DNA of 11,687 nucleotides from Prasinococcaceae sp. CCMP 1430 (taxonomy: Eukaryota > Plantae > Prasinodermophyta). The stretch spans positions 8,968 to 20,654 of the forward strand of contig RQSC01000023.1 in NCBI GenBank assembly GCA_013416795.1, in the 5' to 3' direction. The position numbers and the translations under genes were made by a program. Under the pieces are notes generated by a model that worked only from the letters and a program-made list of their open reading frames with translations, was not told where the DNA came from and did not search any database. Positions 7,012 to 11,687 of this stretch are shown piece after piece. Every line of letters starts with the position of its first letter. The first letter of the stretch is position 1.

Positions 7012-7830
7012 GGCGCGGGCGCGGCGGGCTCGGGTGGGACGGGCGCGAAGGACGCGAAGGGCGGCGCCGCCAAGCAGGACGTGGCGGCGGCCTGCGGCGG
7101 CAAGAACGACTGGCAGGTGCCCGCGGCGCCGGCGGACGGCTCGACCCCGCTGACCATCCCGGATAAGTTCGGCGCCCTCACCGGCGCGCGCGTACTCCTG
7201 CAGCTCCCGCCCGACTTCGACATGATGGGCGACAGCGGCGCGGTGGGTCGCGTGTCGGACGCCGCCCCGGGGGAGCCCGGCGGCGGCGGCGTGCAGGTCG
7301 ACCTGAAGGGCGTGCTGTACGACTGCGTGGCGGCGCCCTCCGCGACGCTCATGGTGGTCTCCAAGCAGGACGCCGGCGCCAAGGTGGAGATGCTCACCAA
7401 CACGGTCGTGCGAATGCAGAAGCTCAGGGGGATCGACGGGGGCGATCAACGCTTCGGAGCGCTGCTGCGCGAGTCGGACGACGACGACGACCTGGACCGG
7501 CACGGTGAGCGCTGCGCCTGCGACCTGCGCCGGCCGTCGCCGCGAGCGCGCGCGACGCGCTCGCTCGCGCGCGGGCTTGCACCGCAGAGGCCGCTGCTGA
7601 CGATGGCGCCGCGCCGCGCAGATTTCGGCGGGTCCCAGCGCGTGCGCGACGAGCGTCCCGCGAAGAAGGCCAAGGCGACTGCAGCGATCGGTGCGCTCGG
7701 AGCGCTCGCACTTGTTCTCGCTCGCGGCGCGGGCGCGGGCGGGCGCGGCAGGGGCCGCGGGCGGGGGAGGGGCGGCCGCGGTGGGGCCAAGTCGAAGGCT
7801 TCCTCGAAGGCTGCGAGCAAGGTGAAGTGA
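7012..7830 (+). CDS. BIN4: BIN4/MIDGET-like DNA topoisomerase VI accessory protein, 5' partial, exons <7012..7504 and 7622..7830
   Basis: PLTIPDKF...VLLQLPPDFDMMGDSGAVGRV...VDLKGVLYD...SATLMVVS...AKVEMLTNTVVRM matches the recalled BIN4 core (LPLVLP.KV...IDLSGDMGAVGR...LDLKGTIY...SRTFCVV...AKIEAIMNDFIQL). An acidic patch is followed by a basic RG-rich tail. Confidence 0.8.
   Translation, partial: GAGAAGSGGTGAKDAKGGAAKQDVAAACGGKNDWQVPAAPADGSTPLTIPDKFGALTGARVLLQLPPDFDMMGDSGAVGRVSDAAPGEPGGGGVQVDLKGVLYDCVAAPSATLMVVSKQDAGAKVEMLTNTVVRMQKLRGIDGGDQRFGALLRESDDDDDLDRHGERCACDLRRPSPRARATRSLARGLAPQRPLLTMAPRRADFGGSQRVRDERPAKKAKATAAIGALGALALVLARGAGAGGRGRGRGRGRGGRGGAKSKASSKAASKVK
7505..7621 (+). other. Spliceosomal intron (117 nt, phase 1) in BIN4
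   Basis: GTGAGC donor, GCTGAC branch point at 7596-7601, CCGCGCAG acceptor. The frame is preserved (G|AT = Asp). Confidence 0.8.
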
Positions 7831-7882
7831 GCGCTGCATGGGGCGGGGCAGTGCTGTGGACGCATGTGGATTGCAACGCCGA

Positions 7883-10273
7883 TTACTTGCCGGCCCTGCC
7901 GCCCTTGCCGTTCTTGCCGTCCGCGCCGCGCCGATTCTCCTTGTTGTTGGCCGCGGCTGCCTCCTTCTCGTCCTCGGGGTCCACATCGAACGTAAAAAGC
8001 TGGCCGGTTGCTTTCTGCTCGGTGTCTTTCAGGGAGCCGCGCTTGTTGACGCGCGGGCGGTGGTTGGATGGGTCGCGGCGGAAGGTGACGTCCAGCTGCT
8101 TCAGGAACGAGTTGAATCCCTGGACGAGCCCGACGGGCGACAACGCCGTGCACTCCTTGCCCGGGGTGCCCTCGTACACCACCACCTTGTCGGCCAGCGC
8201 TGCGGCCATAACGAAGTCGTGTTCGATCACGAAGGCAGTCTTGCGCTGGTGGTCCACGACCCAGCGGCGGATGACCTTGGCTGCAACGATGCGCTGCTCG
8301 CAGTCGAGCCCGGCGCTGGGTTCGTCGAGCAAGTAGACCGAGGCCCGGCGGCCGAGGCAAAGCACGATCGCGAGGCGCTGCAACTCGCCGCCCGAGAGCG
8401 TTTGCACGCGCTTGTCGTACAGATCGCCCACCTTGAGCGGTTTCAGCACGAGAACGTTGAAGAGGGCGTCGGCGCAGACGCCCTGAATCTCTTTCTCGAT
8501 GATGTCCTGCACCGTGCCCTTGAACTTGCGCAACCGCGGCGCGTACACCTGCCGCTTGTAGCTCACGCCGAGGCCCGCAAGCGAGCAGGCGTCTGCCTCG
8601 CCCTTCGCGCCACCCCCGCTTTCGTCGCCCTCCGGCTTGTCGAAGTGCCCCGCGAGCATGTCCATGAAGGTCGTCTTGCCGCAGCCGTTCTGACCGAGCA
8701 GCCCCACGCACTCGGCGCCCTCGAAGTGGCCCGCGTTCACGTGGAGCGTGAAGCTGCTCGATTCGCCCTTGAGTGTGCGCGACATGGCCGGGTAGTCGAC
8801 GCGGCCCATGACCTCGCCTGCGCCCCCAGGGCCGAGCAGCGCATCGCCCTGGGAGCTCGCAGACGACACGCTGAAGGATATGGCCTCGGCGCGGAAGCGC
8901 ATATTTTCCGCAGGAAAGTAGCCCGCCAGGTAGTTGTTGATGCCGTTGGTCACGCTCGCGACCTTGGTGACGACGCCATAGGCGCCCGGCTCGCCGTAGA
9001 GGCAGCATATTTGGTCGGACATGTAGTCGAGCACGGCGAGGTCGTGCTCGACCACCACCACGTAGCGGGCCTTGTCGCTCGTGGTGCGCAGGTTTGCCAG
9101 GTCGCGGATCACCTCGGTGGCCGTCATGCGCTGTTTGATGTCCAAAAAGCTCGATGCCTCGTCGAACATGTACACGTCCGCGTCTTGGCAGCAGACGACG
9201 CAGATGGCGAAGCGCTGCAGCTCGCCGCCACTCAGCTCCTGCACCTCGCGGTCGAGCACGGCGCCCAGCTCGAGGCGCGCAACCAGCTCCTCCATGGCGC
9301 CGCGCTGGTCGCGCTGCCGCAGCACGTCGCCCACCACGCGCCCGCGCAGCTTGCGCACGTAGTCCGTGTCGAGCTGCACCTTGGTGACCACACGAATGTC
9401 CTCTTCGAGCAGGCGGCTCAGGTACGCCTGCACAGCGCTGCCACGGTAGTAGTTGAGGATCTCCTGCCAGCTGGGCGGGTCGTTCAGCCGCCCGAGGTTG
9501 GGCTTGAGCTTACCCGCGAGCACCTTGAGCGCGGTGGACTTGCCGATGCCGTTGGTGCCCAGCAAGCCCAGGACGCAGCCCGCGCGCGGCGTCGGCAGGC
9601 CGTGCAGCTTGAACGCGTTCTCGCCGTAGCGGTGCGTGCAGTCCGTCTCCAGGTTGGAAGGCAGGTTGACGATCGTGACCGCGTCGCCGGGGCATTTCTT
9701 GGCGCGCATCAGGCACGCGGCGCAGGCATCCTTTGCGAGGAGCGCGCGGCGGCGGTCAGCGCGCTTGCGGGGACGAGGCGGGCGCCGCGCTGCTGCGCGC
9801 GCGTCGCGCGCGGCGCACGAACCTCGGAGATGACGATGCGCCCCGCCGCGGGTACCGGCGGCGCTCCCTCGACTTCCTGCTGGGCGCGCGCCTCCTTCGG
9901 CACGCGCTGCGGCTTCTGCAGCGTGATGCACTGCGGGCGCAGGAGGGGCGGGCCGGCCGGCGGTGCCGTCAGCGAGAGGGGCGGAGGATGCCTTTGCGGA
10001 CGCGGACGCAGGCGCACGCCGGCGAGCTCGGGCGCCCACGCGCACGCATGCGCGCGCGCCCGCTTGCGCTTGCGCTTGCGCAGGCCGTACCTCGCGGCCG
10101 CAGGCGCGCGCGTAGCGGCTGAGGTACTGAAAGGCCTCCGAGTTTGGCTTGCACCTCGCCTGGTCGAGCAGCACGATGCGCCGCCGCTGCAGCGCGTCTG
10201 CGGCGCCGTCCCCCTCGCCGCGCGTCTCGCCGCCGCCGCCCTTGCGCTGCAGCCCCTGCTTGCGCGACGCCAT
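7883..10273 (-). CDS. ABCE1-like: ABCE1/RLI-like twin ABC ATPase (712 aa), exons 10273..10091, 9930..9823, 9730..7883; divergent Fe-S domain
   Basis: Two Walker A motifs (GTNGIGKST, GQNGCGKTT), two LSGGELQ signatures, Walker B DEASS and DEPSA, EHD switches, helix-loop-helix PPSWQEILNYYRGS, hinges GYFPAENMRFR and FRRDPSNHRPRVNK, and IVNLPSNLE. Spliced N-terminus RIVLLDQARCKP...CIT...IVISE|DACAAC...KKCP is colinear with ABCE1. Confidence 0.93.
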   Translation of the reverse strand: MASRKQGLQRKGGGGETRGEGDGAADALQRRRIVLLDQARCKPNSEAFQYLSRYARACGREVRPAQAQAQAGARACVRVGARARRRAPASASAKASSAPLADGTAGRPAPPAPAVHHAAEAAARAEGGARPAGSRGSAAGTRGGAHRHLRGSCAARDARAAARRPPRPRKRADRRRALLAKDACAACLMRAKKCPGDAVTIVNLPSNLETDCTHRYGENAFKLHGLPTPRAGCVLGLLGTNGIGKSTALKVLAGKLKPNLGRLNDPPSWQEILNYYRGSAVQAYLSRLLEEDIRVVTKVQLDTDYVRKLRGRVVGDVLRQRDQRGAMEELVARLELGAVLDREVQELSGGELQRFAICVVCCQDADVYMFDEASSFLDIKQRMTATEVIRDLANLRTTSDKARYVVVVEHDLAVLDYMSDQICCLYGEPGAYGVVTKVASVTNGINNYLAGYFPAENMRFRAEAISFSVSSASSQGDALLGPGGAGEVMGRVDYPAMSRTLKGESSSFTLHVNAGHFEGAECVGLLGQNGCGKTTFMDMLAGHFDKPEGDESGGGAKGEADACSLAGLGVSYKRQVYAPRLRKFKGTVQDIIEKEIQGVCADALFNVLVLKPLKVGDLYDKRVQTLSGGELQRLAIVLCLGRRASVYLLDEPSAGLDCEQRIVAAKVIRRWVVDHQRKTAFVIEHDFVMAAALADKVVVYEGTPGKECTALSPVGLVQGFNSFLKQLDVTFRRDPSNHRPRVNKRGSLKDTEQKATGQLFTFDVDPEDEKEAAAANNKENRRGADGKNGKGGRAGK
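9731..9822 (-). other. Intron 2 of the ABCE-like gene (92 nt, phase 0)
   Basis: GTTCGT donor, GCTGAC branch point (plus 9755-9760), AAAG acceptor. Joins ISE to DAC, as in ABCE1 ISE-TLC. Confidence 0.85.
9931..10090 (-). other. Intron 1 of the ABCE-like gene (160 nt, phase 0), contains (CAAGCG)3
   Basis: GTACGG donor, GCTGAC branch point (plus 9968-9973), pyrimidine-rich CCCGCAG acceptor. Joins GRE to CIT, as in ABCE1 GKL-CIE. Confidence 0.85.
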
Positions 10274-10549
10274 CCCGCCGGCGGGCGGCGGTACGCGCGC
10301 GCACNNNNNNNCCCGCGCGCGCGTGCCCGTTCGGCGCGCGCCCGTTCGCGAGCGCCGCGCGAGCGCGCGCAATCGACGGGAAACACACCGGAAGATGAGG
10401 CGAACAGAGCTGATCGGGCAGGCGAAGCGCCCCGAAACGGCGGAACGCGGAGGCGAAAGCGCGCGGGGCCGGAAGCACCTTCGAGACCCCGTGCGCCGCA
10501 CCGGTTGGGGTAGTGCGCGCATGGGCGCACTCGGGAGCGAGTGTGTGTG

Positions 10550-10589
10550 GGGGGGGTGGGGGTGGGGGCGGGGTGGGGGGCAAGGGGGG
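10550..10589 (+). repeat. G-run cluster (G-quadruplex-capable)
   Basis: Six runs of 4 or more G with short loops, read directly. Confidence 0.6.
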
Positions 10590-10613
10590 CACAGTCGCCA
10601 CTCCGCTACCACT

Positions 10614-10649
10614 GCCGCCGCTGCTGCTGCCGCCGCCGCTGCTGCTGCT
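10614..10649. repeat. Compound trinucleotide repeat (GCC)2(GCT)3(GCC)3(GCT)4
   Basis: Read directly. Confidence 0.9.
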
Positions 10650-10782
10650 GTCAAGGTGGGCGAGGAACGGTCGAAGTCCTCGTGAGCCACAGACGACGAC
10701 GTCCGCGCCGGGACCGGGGAGGGGAGCGGTGGGAGGGCCCGGGGAGGGGCGGGAGAGGGCCCGCCCGGCACCTCGGCACGCA

Positions 10783-10808
10783 CGCGCGCGCGCGAGAGAG
10801 AGAGAGAG
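10783..10808. repeat. Compound microsatellite (CG)6 running into (GA)7
   Basis: cgcgcgcgcgcgagagagagagagag read directly. Confidence 0.9.
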
Positions 10809-10943
10809 CGCACGCGCGAGCGCTGCGGCAGGCGCTCGCCAGGCGCTGCGGCTGGGGTGAGCGTCTGGTGTGCACGTCCCCCACCCGGGCTGCACTCGCT
10901 CGCGAGTGCGGCCGGCGACCAGCGGCGCTTAGCTCGGCAAGCG

Positions 10944-11420
10944 ATGGGCCGGGCCGAGAAGAAGGCGAGCACGAGCGCGCGCGAGGCCGGCGCGCGCGCA
11001 GCGACCGTCTTCCATCTGACGCTCGCGCAGTGCGTGCTCGACATGGCGCTCCGCCTGCTCACGCAACAGCGACCAACTCCTGCGACCGTCGCCGTCGCCA
11101 ACAAGGTCCACCCCCGCATCGGCCTCGCGGACCTCTTGGAGAGCGAGGGCGTGGCTACAGAGAGGCTTCTGGCGCACCTGCGCGGCGCCGACTGCATGCG
11201 GCTCGCGGCGAGCTGCCGCTCGGCGCGCCACGCCGTGGCGGGCTCCCGCGAGGCGGCGCTGCGCGTGCAGCGCTGCCTGGCGGAGAGGGCGCTCGGGGAG
11301 CACGCGTGGGCGTTTGACGCCTTCCTCATCGCCCGCTGGGACCCCTCCATCGCCCGCCACCTGCGGCCTGCGCGCACCGCCCTCCGTCCCTTGCGAGCGA
11401 CGCCGTGCTGGAGTCGCTAG
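10944..11420 (+). CDS. Hypothetical 158-aa protein with an F-box-like motif
   Basis: ATG at 10944, TAG at 11418-11420, codon usage like the neighbouring genes. LADLLESEGVATERLLAHLRGADCMRLAASCRSARHAV resembles the F-box pattern L..L...V...IL.HL...D..RL...CR..R..V. Confidence 0.5.
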   Translation: MGRAEKKASTSAREAGARAATVFHLTLAQCVLDMALRLLTQQRPTPATVAVANKVHPRIGLADLLESEGVATERLLAHLRGADCMRLAASCRSARHAVAGSREAALRVQRCLAERALGEHAWAFDAFLIARWDPSIARHLRPARTALRPLRATPCWSR

Positions 11421-11486
11421 CCTGCGCGCGCCCGTCGAGCGCAACGCGAACGCGCGCGCGCGGCGCGCCACCGATACCAATGAAAT

Positions 11487-11500
11487 TCGAATGCATTCGA
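11487..11500. repeat. Perfect 14-bp palindrome TCGAATGCATTCGA
   Basis: Read directly; self-reverse-complementary. Confidence 0.9.
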
Positions 11501-11687
11501 CTCCCACCCCAACCACCATCGCGCATGCGCGCGCGTCGCCGCATTATCCACTGGCGCCGCGCCGACGAGGTTGCGCGCCCCGGCGCCACTCGGCGCGGAG
11601 GGGGCGGTGGGTGGCCGGGACGGCGGGGAGGGGGGGGGATGGCGAGGAGCTCCGGCGGTGTGGCACGCGGGGCGGCAGTGCGCGCCG

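Noticed and set aside
7838-10513. Long antisense or alternative-frame ORFs (e.g. 7838-10513 +, 596-2653 -, 1252-3153 -, 5968-7986 -)
   Set aside because: These are shadows of real genes, caused by GC3 bias and N read-through, with no recognisable domains.
10274-11377. N-terminal ~370 aa of the 1164-aa minus-strand ORF
   Set aside because: Starts at a non-ATG codon, is low-complexity, crosses an N gap and is antisense to the F-box-like ORF. ABCE homology begins just after ATG 10273. Stop-free frames are expected at this GC content.
3201-11420. A virus-related or antiviral island (ankyrin, TOM1, ABCE/RLI, F-box)
   Set aside because: The genes have host-like codon usage and spliceosomal introns, and are interleaved with housekeeping genes (BIN4, PIS-like). 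There are no viral hallmark, integrase or transposase genes, and eukaryotic adjacency does not imply shared function.
11481-11500. Heat-shock element (GAA/TTC triplets)
   Set aside because: The spacings are 1, 0 and 4 nt rather than the required nGAAnnTTCn 2-nt spacing.

Overview
This is a very GC-rich, intron-containing eukaryotic window with scaffold gaps at 667-1146, 6163-7010 and 10305-10311 and a single N at 4772. The gene set (BIN4, TOM1/TOM3, a plant-type PP2C clade) and short GT-AG introns with a GCTGAC branch point point to a green alga, probably prasinophyte-grade (inference). Gene order: (+) 5' part of a phosphatidylinositol-synthase-like CDP-alcohol phosphotransferase from 444 into the gap; (+) PP2C with a ~465-aa RGG/Q-rich tail ending at 3088; (-) ankyrin-repeat protein ending in RDEL; (+) TOM1/TOM3/THH1 membrane protein; (+) BIN4/MIDGET topoisomerase VI accessory protein; (-) three-exon ABCE1/RLI-like ATPase; (+) small F-box-like ORF. 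The strongest novelty candidate is the ABCE-like protein. After manual splicing both ATPase sites and the hinges are intact, but 4 of the 8 canonical [4Fe-4S] cysteine ligands are replaced and the Fe-S domain carries a ~21-aa insertion. The 480-N gap also looks too small to hold both the rest of the PIS-like gene and the start of the PP2C. Family assignments come from recalled sequence motifs; no database search was run.
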